Origin: Octopus sinensis | Lineage: Eukaryota | Direction of reading: 5' to 3' | Assembly: GCF_006345805.1 (NCBI RefSeq) | Contig: NC_043002.1 | Span: 69,254,001-69,318,000 of the forward strand | Length of the DNA stretch: 64,000 bases | Shown: piece after piece, positions 37,325 to 51,830 of the stretch | How the letters are laid out: each line of letters begins with the position of its first letter | Numbering within the stretch: position 1 is the stretch's first letter | Program-made: the position numbers and the translations under genes | Notes under the pieces: generated by a model | What the model saw: only the letters and a program-made list of their open reading frames with translations | Databases searched by the model: none | Told to the model about the DNA's origin: nothing

Positions 37325-37640
37325 TGAAGGCGCATGGATCAGTGGTTAGAGCGTCGAGCTTACGATCGTGAGGTTGTGAGTTCGATTGCCGGACTGGGCT
37401 GTGTGTTGTGTTCTTGAGCAAGACACTTTATTTCACGTTGCTCCAGTTCACCCAGCAGTAGAAATGTGTTGCAATGTCACTGGTGCCAAGCTGTATCGGC
37501 CCTTGCCTTTCCCTTGGATAACATGGTATGCATGGGCGAATGCTGGCCATCCATAAACAACCTTGCCCGGACTTGTGCCTCGGAGGGTAACTTTCTAGGT
37601 GCAATCCCATGGTCATTCATGACCGAAGAGGATCTCCTCC
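37325..37640 (+). mobile_element. tRNA-derived SINE family C, representative copy
   Basis: GGATCAGTGGTTAGAGCG...GAGTTCGATTGCC head, then TGTGTTCTTGAGCAAGACAC..GCTCCAGTTCAC. Related copies at about 8200-8500, 11380-11620, 13310-13500, 17580-17790, 23215-23530, 58951-59246, 59375-59670. Confidence 0.75.
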
Positions 37641-39107
37641 TCAATTCAGATTTGAAACGTGATAACACTTATAGTATTGTAAGTTACCATAGTCATAGGA
37701 GAAAATTATTGAAATATCTGTGAGAAGAAAATTTAAATCGTGACAACTATCTCATTAGGGGTTCAATACTGACGGCCTATTGGTTAAGGGAAATGGTTTA
37801 ACGATCGATTGATTGCGATTTCGCTTTCTGGACTGGGTAGCGTGTTGTTTCCATGAGCTTCATTTTAAGTTTCTCCGGTGAAATTAGCTGAAAAATTAGT
37901 ACTAGCCTACTGCTGGTGCATATGTCTCTCTCTTCCTTCAACTGTCAAACCCTTGATGTTCCGCTGAGTTACGACGCGAGGGTTGAAGAGGCGTTTATGC
38001 CTGTTCGCGGCTACACAAGCAACAAAAGCATCTAAGCGAAGCTACCGGGTTATGTTCGCGAGAAACGGCAATGTTTCATGTTGTCTCTGTCGTTTTTTTC
38101 TGTTTAGTCCCAGATCAGCTTTAATTGAGCGGATCCTTAATCGAAGACGTTCTGGCATTGGCTATCCTGTTCGTTTTTGTATATCAACATTTTATGACTT
38201 GAGGTAGATTTAGCTGCTATTTATACAAATCAAGCTACCGAAAATAGGGAGTTCTTTTGTTGGCTCGTAGTCGCCAAATGTAATAAGTTGTCGAAGTTTT
38301 CCCAAATTGTTGTCATATCTTCCAGAAAACGGGATTGAAAATCTACCATCTTACTTTGTTAGCGGACCTGAAAAGTTGGCAAAAATCTTCATTTTAAGCT
38401 GTTTATTATTTGTCACTCAGGGCAAATCAGAGAACCCCACAACTACAGGATGAAAAAAAAAAAAAAAAAGGAGGCAGAAGAAAAGTCGACCCCAAAAACT
38501 GGATTACTATATTATATATCGGCGCCGAAAGGATGAAAAGTAGAGACGGCAGGGGTACAGTTTGAACTCAGAGTGCAGAGAGCTGGAAATAATACAGCAA
38601 GGAGTTCTGTCCGACGTCTCTAATAAGGTCAACTCGTCGCTTTGGTGGGGTTATGCCTACACTTCAGCTTGTAAACTACGATGAAGACGGCGAGTTGACA
38701 GAAACGTTAGCACGCCGGGCGAAATGCGTAGCCATATTTCGTCTGCCGTTACATTCTGAGTTCAAATTCCGTCGAGGTCGTCTTTGCTTTTCATCCTTTC
38801 GGGGTCGATTAAATAAGTACCAGTTACGCACTGGGGTCGATATAATCGATTTAATCCGTTTGTCTGTCCTTGTTTGTCCTCTCTGTGTTTAGCCCCTTGT
38901 GGGTAGTAAAGAAATAGGTATTTCGTCCGTCTTTATGCTATGAGTTCAAATTCTGCCGAGGTCAACCTTGCCTTTCATCCCCTCGGGGTCGATAAAATAA
39001 GTACTACTTGATTACTGGAGTTCGATGTACTGGTCTTGTGTTAAAATTTGAAACCAATATAAAAAACAATGATGAAGTTTAATCTCTTCAGTTTTATACA
39101 CCAAACA

Positions 39108-39139
<32 letters not shown>

Positions 39140-42100
39140 CAACCCATGGCTTCATTAATCTGTAATATGCGTTTTCAGACTGAGATGATATAATCAGAGA
39201 GAATGAAAGTCTATACATTTTAATAGGTATCTCTATCCCCCACGAAGGAAACATCGTGTGTAATGAAGTGCAATGAAATAGAAATAACCAGAACGTAAAC
39301 TAAGAAAGTAAAAAACAAAACTACCTATAATACTTGAAGTATCACGTGTGATGAAGGACACGAAGCAAAACTTAAGAACCATACCAGACTAAACACCACA
39401 CACTACGTAGGACATATTTAACCCAAGAGCATAACAACTCACACCGTGCATATTCTGATCAATCATCTCCCAATACTATAAATACAGATCACACAGCATT
39501 GAAATGAAATAGCACAACTCTTACAGCACATTCTACGCACTACTGTAATATAAACTCGTCTAATTCTACAGCACAAACGACACAGAACCTATAACAAATG
39601 CACAACCCAACAAACGAAGCATTAGTCAGTGCCATGCTCAGACTTAAGCTAAACAAGCTGCGTTTTGGGGGGCCTCACAAATTCTGACTAAAGCAACACC
39701 AGAAACACTGTTCACAATAAAACAAATTCCGTACAGCCACAATATCATAACCCCAAACCGCAATAACGCACATGCATTAGAAACGGGAGAGTGTACCTTG
39801 TGGTATAATAGAAATTGGCATTGAATTGTTGAAAACGTATGAGCGTCGGATCGGCTGAGATCGACTTTGCCTTTCACCTTTCGGAATCGATAAAATAACT
39901 ACCAGTTAAGCACTGGGGTCGAGCTAATTGACTTATCCTCTCCCCCAGAAATTGCTGGCCTTGTGTCAAATCTGAAACCAATAATGAGATGCTCGGATTG
40001 GCAGAATAGTTAGCATGATGGGCATAATAATGGGGGTATTTCGTCTGCCGCTACGTTCTGAGTTCAAATTCCGCCGAGGTCGACTTTGCCTTTCATCCTT
40101 TCGGGGTCGATAAATTAAGTACCAGTTACGCACTGGGGTCGATGTAATCGACTTAATCCGTTTGTCTGTCCTTGTTTGTCCCCTCTGTGTTTAGCCTCTT
40201 GTGGATAGTAAAGAAATAGGTATTTCGTCCGTCTTTATGTTCTGATTTCAAATTTCATCGAGGTCGACTTTGCGTTTTATCCTCTCAGGGTTGATAAAAT
40301 AATTCCCAGTTGAAACGTCCCCGCAATTTGCTGGTCCCGTGCCAAAGTTTGAAACTAATAATTAGAGCATCGGATAAAATGTTTTGCAGTATTTATATAT
40401 TTCGAATTCTGAGTTCAAATCCTGCCAATATCAACTTTGTCTTTCATCATTTGAGAGCCCTTAAAAAAAGTACCAGTTAAGTACTGGGTCGATATGATTT
40501 CATGCCTTGTGTTTAAGTCAGAAACAATTCCTAATGTGTCATCGATATGCTAATATGATTATACTTTCAGTATATTTGTATGTGATTAGCGGATATGTTA
40601 AAGTAGCTGTTAAGTTTCAAAGGTAGTTCGACCTGTCTCGTCTGTGAGATGTGAATAGGGCAATATGTGGCCCATCTCTGCATGACACATAGTGACAATC
40701 AGAAGAGCTCTGACAGTTAAAATGACGTATTGCTACATTGAAGCTTTCAGTTAAGTACTGTAGTTTATCTGTTTACATTAATGTTCTTCGTCTGGTTATT
40801 TATTGTTGTGTCATTGTGAACTATTCGTATCATAACAATGTCGATCTCAATAAGATCTGAACACTACGAAGAACGAAACTAATTAGTGCGAGACACATTA
40901 TCCGGCCCTCTCCTGTTTTGTCATTCTCCACAAACACCACCACCATCATTATTATACTGCAATATATTTAATAAAATACGCGATATATTCATAAATAACG
41001 AAAACAAAAGACAACAAAGGCACTCTGTAAAGTAATCAATGCAGTTGTCTAATTATCGGCAGATATGAGGTTCATAACCCGCCAGTTGGCCTGTTTATCT
41101 TTCCTGTCTCAACTCGGCATTCATAATGCAAGTAAGGCGATGAACTAGCTAGCCGAATCGTTAGCACGCGGAGCAACAATGCTTAGCGGCAATTCGTCCA
41201 TCTTTACGTTCTGAGTTCAAATTCCACCGAAGTCGAATTTGCTTTGCAGGCTTTTGGGGTCAATAAAATATATACCCACTGAGCACTGGAGTCGATGTGA
41301 TCGATTTGAACACTTCCCTTCGGCCTTGTACCAGTATTTGAAACCAATGTATCAAATGCATGCTAGTGTACCGTGAGATGAAGTAGGGGTTATTATTTTC
41401 GAGGAAACCCTTTCCAGAAACAGTTAACCTGCATTTTAATTCTTATCCGATTTTACCGATACAGACCATAAGCTGTCTACCAATTTTATTGACTGGCTTA
41501 ATCATTACATTTAGGCTATACTGCGGTATTTCCCTTGAAATAATTCCCATTTCCAGAATTAAGTATGGATTTATTATGTAAGCACAAAGCCGATTAAACT
41601 ATACTCTTTACTCTTTTTACACTTTTACTTGTTTCAGTCATGTGACTGTGGCCATGCTGGAGCACCACCTTTAGTCGAACAAATCAACCTCAGGACTTAT
41701 TCTTTGTAAGCCTATCGGCCTCTTTTGCCGAACCGCTAGGTTACGGGGACGTAAACATACCAGCATCGGTTGTCAAGCGATGTTGGGGGGGGGGCAAGCA
41801 CTGACACACAAAAATACACACACATATATATACATATATACGACGGGCTTCTTTCAGTTTCCGTCTACCAAATCCACTCACAAGGCTTTGGTCGGCCCGA
41901 GGTACCACGCAGTAGCATTGAACCCGGAACCATGTGGTTGGTAAGCAAGTTACTTACCACACAGTCACTCCTACGCCTATAGTCAAATAAGTGTTAAAAA
42001 TATTCAATGTAGTGAGCTAAAAAATATAACTACTGACGTGATGAAGAACAGGGCAACACTAGCTCAATGATGATTATTATTATTTCAATAAGTTTGACAA

Positions 42101-43936
42101 ATACTCTGAACATATTTCGGCCTTCTGAGAGCACCTCCGTGAAGCACAGATTTCACGATCCTTGAAGTAGTGATGTGCAATATTGCACATGAATAAAGCG
42201 TGAAAATTCAGCATATTGATTATCACTGAAGTTAACTACTTGCTATCAGCCTTCATTTGTTAGGGAGTATTGTTGCAGATGAAGGAAAAAAGTACCCAGA
42301 GCCGGAGGAAACCATGATTGGCCTTCATCCGCGCTAGATCAGCCTTGATTGAGTAGAGATTTAATCAAAATCATTCGTTCTTGCCTTTTTCTTAAATGCA
42401 GGAAACGTAGGATTATATTATCCAGCGTGTCCCCTTTTTAAGACTTCACGGGTATCATTTGCTGGAAATCTGGCTGCCTTCTCTTGGCGGTTGAGCGGCC
42501 ACGCAGGGACTTCCTAGTGGAGGTAAGTTCGCGTGTTGTATGGTGGGGTGAGATTTGACCTTTCAAAAGAAAGGTGTTATCAGAGGTTAAATTCCATTTC
42601 TTCTCACAGCACCCTTACTTATTTTATGAATTAAAATAAGATTGAATCGATACAAGTTCAAAGCACATGTTTATATTTCTGATTTCCGGATGGAATGAAA
42701 AACAAACTTGAACTCAATGAATTTGAACATATCAAACACAAGAAAACGCTCAATTACTTCTGTACCCCCATCACTCTTCTGTACCTAGGTACAGGTGTCT
42801 ACTATTCTGAAATATAAATTTCTTACATTCTATAATTAAATTTATAGGCGTATTAACAAGGTAATAATTCCCTTGTTTTTTTATTAATCGTCACACAAGT
42901 ACAACCACCGCCGTTACCCCCTCCATCACACTATCATCACCATCAAACTGGATATGCGAGCTATTGTTTTATAAATGAAAAAATGTTGTCATTCCACTTC
43001 ATTACTCAATTCTGAAGCCGAAATGAGTTTGTTTTGTCGATAATGTAAATTGAAATCTTCAACGTCGTGGAACAAGTTTTAATTTCCCAGCCAGTCGTAC
43101 TTTTTTTATTCTCCCCTCAGTTGACTGTAAAATCTTCACGTTAATGTTATTATAGATGGCATAAAAATCACAATATCTCTTATCTGTGCCTAGGTAAAAT
43201 ATCAAGTGAAACTTATTTACAATTAGTGGTTATCAAATTATTGTTAATTGCTTATCACACCAACCATTTGATTCGCCGAGAACGTTAACACTACATATGT
43301 CATTCTATTAATAGTTTAATCTTATATTATAATTCCATTTAAATCTATACGCTTATTATATCTTTATTATAGGCATATAGCCTAAAAGAAAAGGGGACAA
43401 TACGAAGACGGCCAACACAAAAAGTAGGGTACATAAAATGAATAAATGAAAATGTGTATGACAATAAAATTGAATGAAAAAATGTAATGGCTTACGAGCC
43501 CCCCACCCCCAAAGCTCGCAGTTCCATTTTACTGTTCTTATTAAATCAAACTCAGAACTGGGCTGATATTTTATTTTTTCCGATAGGTTGAACCACAAAT
43601 GTAGCCATCCGATGTTCTAACGATTCTGCCAATCCACCTCTAGGCATATTTTCTACTCAAGGCGCAAGGCCTGAAACTTTTGGAGAGGGGGCTAGTCGAT
43701 TTCATCGACTTTAGTGCTTGACTGGTACTTAATTTATCGATATATATATGTTATGGTATATGTTTGTCGAGTGGAGAGCCTTGGCCAATTGGCTGAAGAG
43801 CTGTATGTTCGTATGAGCGCTGCTTTTTGTCCATGGACAAGTCATTTGACAAGTCACCTCAAGATATATCGTGGTAAGCTACATATTAATTGAAGCAAGT
43901 GGTGGGAGTATCTACTCGAGAGAGGGAGGGACAAAC

Positions 43937-43983
<47 letters not shown>

Positions 43984-46113
43984 GAGAGAGTGAGTAAGTC
44001 TCAAAGTAATAAATCTGTAATAATACAAATAACCATTTCGTTACTTGTGTTATAAGATTTTAAATTAGGAAAATATCTCCATGCATACTCATACATTTTT
44101 AATTGTGGACGATTTCTGAGAAAACCGTAAAATATTCGGTACATAAATATGAAAACTGACAAATAAATTCGTTTTTGAATGGATGTTTAAAGGATGTTCA
44201 CGGGCATACAATGACTAATGATTTTTTTTTGTATATAAATGACTAATTTCGTAAAAAATATATGTTCTAATTTATGTGTTATAGGTTACAAAAATATCTG
44301 ATAGGAGCGCTGTTGTCAGTAATTTTCTTAAAATTGCTTAATGTATGACCGAGAGTAAAATGATATTACGTGTTATAAATACCCTTGGACAATACTCAAT
44401 TTAAGCATAAGCTAAACATGCTACAATTCAGGGCCTCACAATCTGCGGGGTTTAAAGATGATCAAAATGTGTACTGTTTTCAATGATTTAGAGAACTTCT
44501 GGTGTAATTTCTTTTAATTAGGGACCCTCTAAGCCTTACATAACTTAGTTTAATACAAAATCTAAATCCGGCTCTTCTCCAAATGGTTTTCTTGTAACGT
44601 CTACTTAAAGGGCAATTTTTGTTGGGAGATCAATGTACTCAAAGTTTCTGAATAAGATGCAATCTTGTCTCGGTATTTGATACTATGATCAACATTTAGT
44701 TTTAACGTTACGTTCGCAGTGAAGAGATATGTGACCTTTGACCAATGGGCAAGAATAATGGGGGTGGGGAATATCTGAAACTGGTTGTCACGGCTGCTGT
44801 TTAACCCTCATGTCAGCCTTGATCGGTAAATGCAAATTATCTAATTCAATGTAATTGACCATTAACCACGAAGAATCCTGCGATTATTCTTAAAAGTTAG
44901 TTTAAAACTACATAACATTCACAAATATTCTTTTCTACTCTAGGCACAAGGCCCAAAATTTTTTGTGAGAGGGCCAGTCGATTAGATCGACCCCAGGACG
45001 CAACTGGCAGTTAATTTATCGACCCCGAAAGGATGAAAGGCAAAGTCTACCTCGGCGGAATTTGCATAACACTGCTAAGAATCTCCCTTATAAAGCTAAG
45101 TGGTCAAAAAACAAGCAAGACCAACATCCCTGGCTTCACAATAAGGCGGATGTTATTTCGGAATTTCTTTCTCTCAGTGAGATGTGTCTAAATAAAAACT
45201 AGAGGCCTCTCACGCCTGATTGTTGGACGGCAGTTAACTCGACTGAGTTAATCTGTCTTGTGACAGGTTTTGTTGTTTGTCCTGCTGGGTGTCCAACGTA
45301 AACCTCACCACCATGCCAGGCGACCCGACCATGCGACAGGTGCTAGGTTACATGTGAGTAGTAGTACAAAGTGACCGCCCCCTACACCACCACAACCACA
45401 CGTACGCATACACACATATACACACGCATGCATACATACATAGAGACAGACATATAGACACACACATGCGTCCACGTGTGTGTGTCTGTAGGTAATCATA
45501 TTACATATGACAAATACTATACATTCGCCGAATACATGTATTGAGCGTGATAATGGTTACACCCGTGAACCACAACATACGCACGCACACACGCACACGC
45601 ACGCACGCACATTTTCTTATTTCTTGGAATGTATATCTTTACATATTAGATTACAATACTTTAGCTCTGTTTTAGAGTATTGAGCACTCTGTCTATTATG
45701 AAAAAAATACACTGGAATACATAATGGTGTATGTAAGGCAGTGAGCTGGCATATTTCTTTAGCACATTGGAGCAAATGCTTAGCGGAATTTCTTCCGATT
45801 CTGTATGTCCTCAGTTCAAATCCCACTGAAGTCATATTTGCCTTTCATCCCTTTTGACGTCTATTAAATTTAATACCAGTCAAGTCCACTTCTCTCAAAA
45901 ATTGCTAGCCTTGAACCCTGCAACGGACTGGCATTGAAAGGAATGTTGTCTCAGGTTCAGTCCCACCGCGTGGAACCTTGGGCAAATGTTTTCTACTATA
46001 GCCTCGGACCGACCAAAGTCCTGTAAGTGGATTCGGTAGACGGAAACTGAAAGAAGCCCGTCGCGTATATATATATATATATATATGCGTGTGTGTGTGT
46101 GTTGTCTCCCACC

Positions 46114-46767
46114 CTGTGGCGGCTCGTAGATAAAATTAGTGGGGGTGCTGCTTTAGAAAATTTTTAGCCGTTGTTTTAATATTGTGTAAAAGGAAACAAA
46201 TGTATAAAAAGAAAATTTATACATAAACTTGACCGGTTTGCGTTTCAACCACTGCCGGGTAGTGTGTTTAATTTGTCCCTGAACCACACCGCGAATTCCC
46301 CCTTGTTTTTCAAAAATTACCCCCTAAATCCCAAAAATATGGGGTGGGGAAATGTGCCCTATTTTCCAAATCCTGGCAGCAACACTGAAGCTGGAAGCAG
46401 GATAATAATGTAATTTTACACTTTTTCACATTCAATGATATAAACATGTTTTTAAGTACATGTTTTTCGTTCATGCAGTGCTATTGTCATTCTCACAGTT
46501 CTCTCTCTCCCTCAGACATGTGAGCATGCGCACAACAGCCAAACACCGCGCGCTGGAATTGTGAAGTACACAGTTCTACACAAGGATTTTTGTATTTTTT
46601 TCATAAACCGGTGGATGGCTACTGACATTAATCTTAAGGATTATATAATGTACAAGTATAAAGGAAGAATTAAAGAAAAAAAGGACTCATTATATTGAAT
46701 GTTATTATAATATCGAATGGAAATAGGGTGCAGCAGTTCCGCAATGTCCACACACGAGTTTCCACTG
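46114..46767. mobile_element. hAT-type non-autonomous element inserted in a SINE
   Basis: Perfect 8-bp TSD CTCCCACC (46106-46113, 46768-46775); imperfect TIR CTGTGGCGGCTCGT/ACGAGTTTCCACTG. Confidence 0.7.
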
Positions 46768-47173
46768 CTCCCACCACTGTTTGAAGGCAGGTGTTGGTGT
46801 GTTTATGTCTTCGTAACTTAGCGGTTCGGCGAAAGTGACCAGTAGAATAAATACTAGACTTAAAAAAAAAACAAAAAAAAAAACAAGTACTGGGGTCGAT
46901 TCGTTCGACTAAAATTCTTCAAGGTGGGGCCCCAGCATGGCCACAGTCTAATGACTGAAACAAGTTAAAGAAAGATATAGATAAGTGCGTGTGTGGGTGT
47001 GAAACAAATGTGGTTTGTTATGTAATCCCTACTGAAATTGTATAATATACAAAAAAATCAACAGTACGAAAGACAGAATCAACGAAGCAGAACGATAATT
47101 GATGTTCACACACAAACAGACACACACGCACGCACGCACGCACGCACACACGCACGCATGCACGCACACACGT

Positions 47174-47205
<32 letters not shown>

Positions 47206-47589
47206 TATATATGAATGGGTAATAAGGTTAAAATAAGGTCAAACATGCATTCCATTAGTTTCGATATTGACATGGGAAAGTATTTCAAACTATTTCTTCC
47301 TTTACTGACTCAGGGAATGACATCATGTTTCTATGGTGACAGTTTTATTCAAGATTATTCACGGGTTTGTTGAGAGGAAGGTTTTCTTTTTCTGTTTTGG
47401 CTTATGTGATTAAAAAGAAAAGAAATGAAAAAAATAGAATACACCATGACTGTGATCGATGCCAAAACAACTTTGAAACATTAAAGTGAGGCATTCTTTT
47501 CATATTGCAAATACAGATAAATGACACTGTGAATGTTATAAAGATATTGTCAGGTATGTATTTGAGGGATGTTGCGCATGCGTGTATAT

Positions 47590-48206
47590 TCTTTTCTACT
47601 CTGGGTACAAGGCCGGAAATTTTTTGGGGAGGAGGCCAGTCGATTAGATCGACCCCAGAACGAAACTGGTACTTAATTTATCGACCCCGAAAAGATGAAA
47701 GGTAAAGTCGACCTCGGAGGAATTTGAACGGAGAACGTAAAGACAGACGAAATACCTATAAGCATTTCGCCCAGCGTGCTAACGTTTCTTATTTCTTTAT
47801 TGCCCACAAGGGGCTACACACAGAGGGGACAAACAAGGACAGACAGAGGGTTTAAGTCGATTACATCGACCCCAGTGCGTAACTGGTACTTATTTAATCG
47901 ACCCCGAAAGGATGAAAGGCAAAGTCGACCTCGGCGGAATTTGAACTCACAACGTAACGACAGACGAAATACCTATTTCTTTATTACCCACAAGGGGCTA
48001 AACATAGAGGGGACAAACAAGGACAGACATAGGTATTAAGTCGATTATATCGAGCCCAGTGCGTAACTGGTGCTTAATTTATCGACCCCGAAAGGATGAA
48101 AGGCAAAGTCGACCTCGGCGGAATTTGAACTCACAACGTAACGACAGACGAAATACGGCTACGCATTTCGCCCGGCATGCTACCGTTTCTGCCAGCTCGC
48201 CGCCTT
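47590..48206 (-). mobile_element. Head-to-tail trimer of SINE family B
   Basis: Three tandem units with the same or a variant junction. Confidence 0.85.
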
Positions 48207-49402
48207 TATATGGAAGAGAGATAGAGAGAGAAGATGGGAGAGAGAGAGAAACAGTAGAGAGAAAAAGAAAAGCGCGTGTGCGAGAGAAAGAGAGTTATAG
48301 AAAGAAGAGTAATTAATAGACAGAGAGAAACAGGAAGAATAAAGGATAAATCGATAGATAGATAGATGGGAAGAGAGAAAGGAGAGTCATTGTTACAAAG
48401 AAAGCAAATAAAGGAAAACAGACGTTTCTATCGAGATAGACAGACAGGTAGGCATATAGATAGACCAATACATATATGGACTGATAGATAGATATATAGA
48501 TAAGTAGATGGAAAGAAGGTAAGATAGAAGGACATAAATAGATAGATAGATATATTGAGATAGTCTGACTGCATCAAGTTATCATATGAAAAGCACATTG
48601 ATCAACTTCAGAAGTAGAAAATGTTATTTTTTTGTTTTTATTGTATGTCATTTATGGTAGACAATATTAGTTCGAGTTTAAGAATAATATTAGGAATTAA
48701 AAAGGAAGTGGCGTTGATCTATATAGATGGATTCCTTGTTGGTCTCAATGATGAGCATTTAGCTGTATTACGAATTAAATTATCGTAAAATTAACGTGTA
48801 AGTGGCTGAGTACGTCAAAGATACTTGTGCCCTTAACAGGTTTCTCACGCTATATCACCAAGTCACGATGTAATAAGGCTGGACCTTTGAATTACAGGCA
48901 CAAGCCAGAAAAAGAGGAGATAACCCAATACTGGACTCCTACTTTATTTAGATCTTTTCCGTTTGAAAAACAACTTGACCTGTTGAAAATTTTTTACACA
49001 GATGTAGTTTTGATTGCTGATTATGGAGTTGTATTAATCTTTCTTTGAGAAATTATTGCTAAAAGAAGTTACGAACTTTTAAAGATCGAAATTCTTGGTG
49101 ACTTTAGCTTATTAAGCAAGGTCTGTACCTTTTATTTTCTTAAAAAACTGAATGTGGTTTACTTGTTTAGAATACAAAGTTACATCTGGGAATAAAATAG
49201 AATGAAATAAAGAGTACCGGTCAAGTAGTACCGTAAGAGTGGCTGTGAGGTAAGTAGCTTGCTTAGCAACCACATGCTTCCGGGTTCAGTCCCACTGCAT
49301 GGTACCTTGGGCAAGTGTCTTCTACTATAGCCTCGGGCCGACCAAAGCCTTGTGAGTTGATTTGGTAGACGGAAACTGAAAGAAGCCCGTCGTATATATA
49401 TA

Positions 49403-49458
<56 letters not shown>

Positions 49459-49718
49459 ATATGTTTGTGCGCCTGTGTTTGTCCCCCAACATCGCTTGAC
49501 AACCGATGCTTGTGTGTTTACGTCCCCGTAACTTAGCGGTTCGGCAAAAGAAACCGATAGAATAAGTACTAGCTTACAAAGAATAAGTCCTGGGGTCGAT
49601 TTGCTCGACTAAAGGTGGTGCTCCAGCATGGCCACAGTCAAATGTCCCCTTTGTTTACGCCAAGGTCTACTGAATGAACCTATCTTTAGAAACCAACACC
49701 AGCACCATCATCATCATC

Positions 49719-49750
<32 letters not shown>

Positions 49751-49984
49751 TATTCTGCCGGTGATCTGGCAGAATCGTTAGCACGCTGGATGAAATGCTT
49801 AACGGTATTTCGCCCGTCGCTTACGTTCTGAGTTCCAATTCCGCCAAGGTCGACTTTGCTTTTTATCCTTTCGGGGTCGACAAATTAAGTACCAGTTGCG
49901 TACTGGGATCGCTGTAATCGACTAGTCCCCCCCCCAATTTCAGGCCTTGTGCCTATTTTAGAAGGGATTATTATTATTATTATT

Positions 49985-50520
49985 ATTGAGTGAAAGAGAA
50001 GTGCATGCCATCAAAGTGACACTGGGATAAAATATACGAAGCCCAGTATACCCATCATGACTACCCGTCTGATAAGGGTACACCAGGCACATGCATCATA
50101 ACCATATGTGCGCGGCATGGTGATCTCATATCAAGATTAACAATGTATGAACTTCAGGTAGAGTAGCCCATTCCGCTCAAAAGGTCTTTGAATAAAGCTT
50201 GTTTAAAGATGCTGAATGAAACACTCATGTTCCCAGAGTTGAATTGTCTAAACCCTAAATAATTCTTCTCAACACACGGCTATGATGCTCACCCAATACT
50301 TCTGCTGGTGATCAGAGATGCACATACAGTCAGCCACCAAGGGACATGCTCGACTGGTTAAGGACAAGCAAATCTGTGGTATTGAGCAGAATATTTGTTG
50401 TAGCCCATCTTTTATACCAAGACAAAAAAATGTACATGATAACACTTCCAATCAGTTAAGATCAGAAGCCACGAGAGCCCCTGCCTGGTACTGCATCAGG
50501 GCAACTTATTATTATTATTA

Positions 50521-50522
<2 letters not shown>
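49985..50522 (-). repeat. Dispersed about 530-bp repeat with (AAT)n tail, probable retroelement 3' end
   Basis: Inverted copy at 61295-61695, partial copy at 20020-20245. Confidence 0.65.
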
Positions 50523-50557
<35 letters not shown>

Positions 50558-51830
50558 CATTATTATTAAACGGTAGCACGCCGGGCGAAATGCTTAGCGC
50601 TATTTCGTCTGCTGTTACGTTCTGAGTTCAAATTCTGCCGAGGTCGACTTTGCCTTTCATCCTTTCGGGGTCGATAAATTAAGTATTAGTTAGGCACTGG
50701 GGTCGATGTAATCGACTTAATCCGTTTGTCTGTCCATGTTTGTCCCCACTGTGTTTAGCCCCTTGTGGGTAGTAAAGAAATAGGTATTTCGTCTGCCGTT
50801 ACGTTCTGAGTTCAAATTCCGCTGAGGTCGACTTTGCCTTTCATCCTTTCGGGGTCAATAAATTAAGTACCAGTTACACACTGGTGTCGATGTAATCGAC
50901 TTAATCCGTTTGTCTGTCCTTGTTTGTCCCCGCTGTATTTAGCCCCTTGTGGATAGTAAAGAAATAGGTATTTCCCCCAGTTCTGAGCTCAAATCAGAGC
51001 TTGTGTTTCTTCCGTCCGATTTTGCAAGCGGTCGCTGGATTAAAAGAAAAGTAGTGAAGTTACTAAACCGATGTGGTTGATTATAGCCCCACCATCCCTC
51101 TCTCTTCCACCAAATCGTGTCCTTGTGACTTTGCCACAAATTATAATTAATCGTAATGTTATTGTCTTCTAATTCTTTTTATAACACATAATTCAAAACT
51201 TGTACCCACAACTACACGCATAGCCTCATCTACATATTCGTAAAACCACAGTCACACTCACTCACACACACTTATGTACCGCACAGGCAACAGAAAGCTC
51301 TATTGAATCGACATATTTTCCTCTTTTTCCTACTTTTATCCCACCAACACCAGACCCACATAACATAAAAATTAAATGGCTGATTAACTTGTATGAGATT
51401 TCTGTGAAACTGATACTCACACATAAACTGAAAATTATATATATGTGTGTGTGTGTATGAAAAGAATAAAAAGGCTCTACTCATAATTCCTGTTGCGAGT
51501 GCATGTATAACGTCTATTACTATTAGAACATAACCATTGCATTCAATAAAGTAATAGTAAGCAACCTAATTTCTTGTCAATGACTAAGTGTTTTTAGTAG
51601 TTTGTAGTTAAAAGTCATTTGACTGGCAAACAAATTCTAGTGAGGCGCAATAAACTTAGTTGTTTTTGTTATTATAATTGTGATTGTTGCTGTTTAGTAC
51701 AAGGACAGAACTAATCGAGCAGGTCTCTGATCAAAGCCATTCAGTATTGACTGTGCGCCCCCTACAACACTTTCTGGCATCGATAAAATAAAGTACCAAT
51801 CAAGTACAGTGTTGATATAATCAACTAACA

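Noticed and set aside
37325-37400. tRNA gene
   Set aside because: A/B boxes present, but no full cloverleaf and it runs into a SINE body; same for 58951-59010.
39300-39780. A/C-skewed stretch as a Penelope GIY-YIG remnant
   Set aside because: Only a vague LRLKLNK resemblance; no GIY-YIG or RT motif readable. A translated HMM search would be needed.
47776-48316. Recurrent ORFs with RNWYLIYRPRKDERQSRPRRNLNS
   Set aside because: Chance frames of SINE family B, repeated at many copies.
50460-50522. Possible HDV-like ribozyme at the repeat's 5' end (GGC-TCTCGTG-GCT)
   Set aside because: P1 needs a bulge and the P1.1 GG and J4/2 elements are missing.
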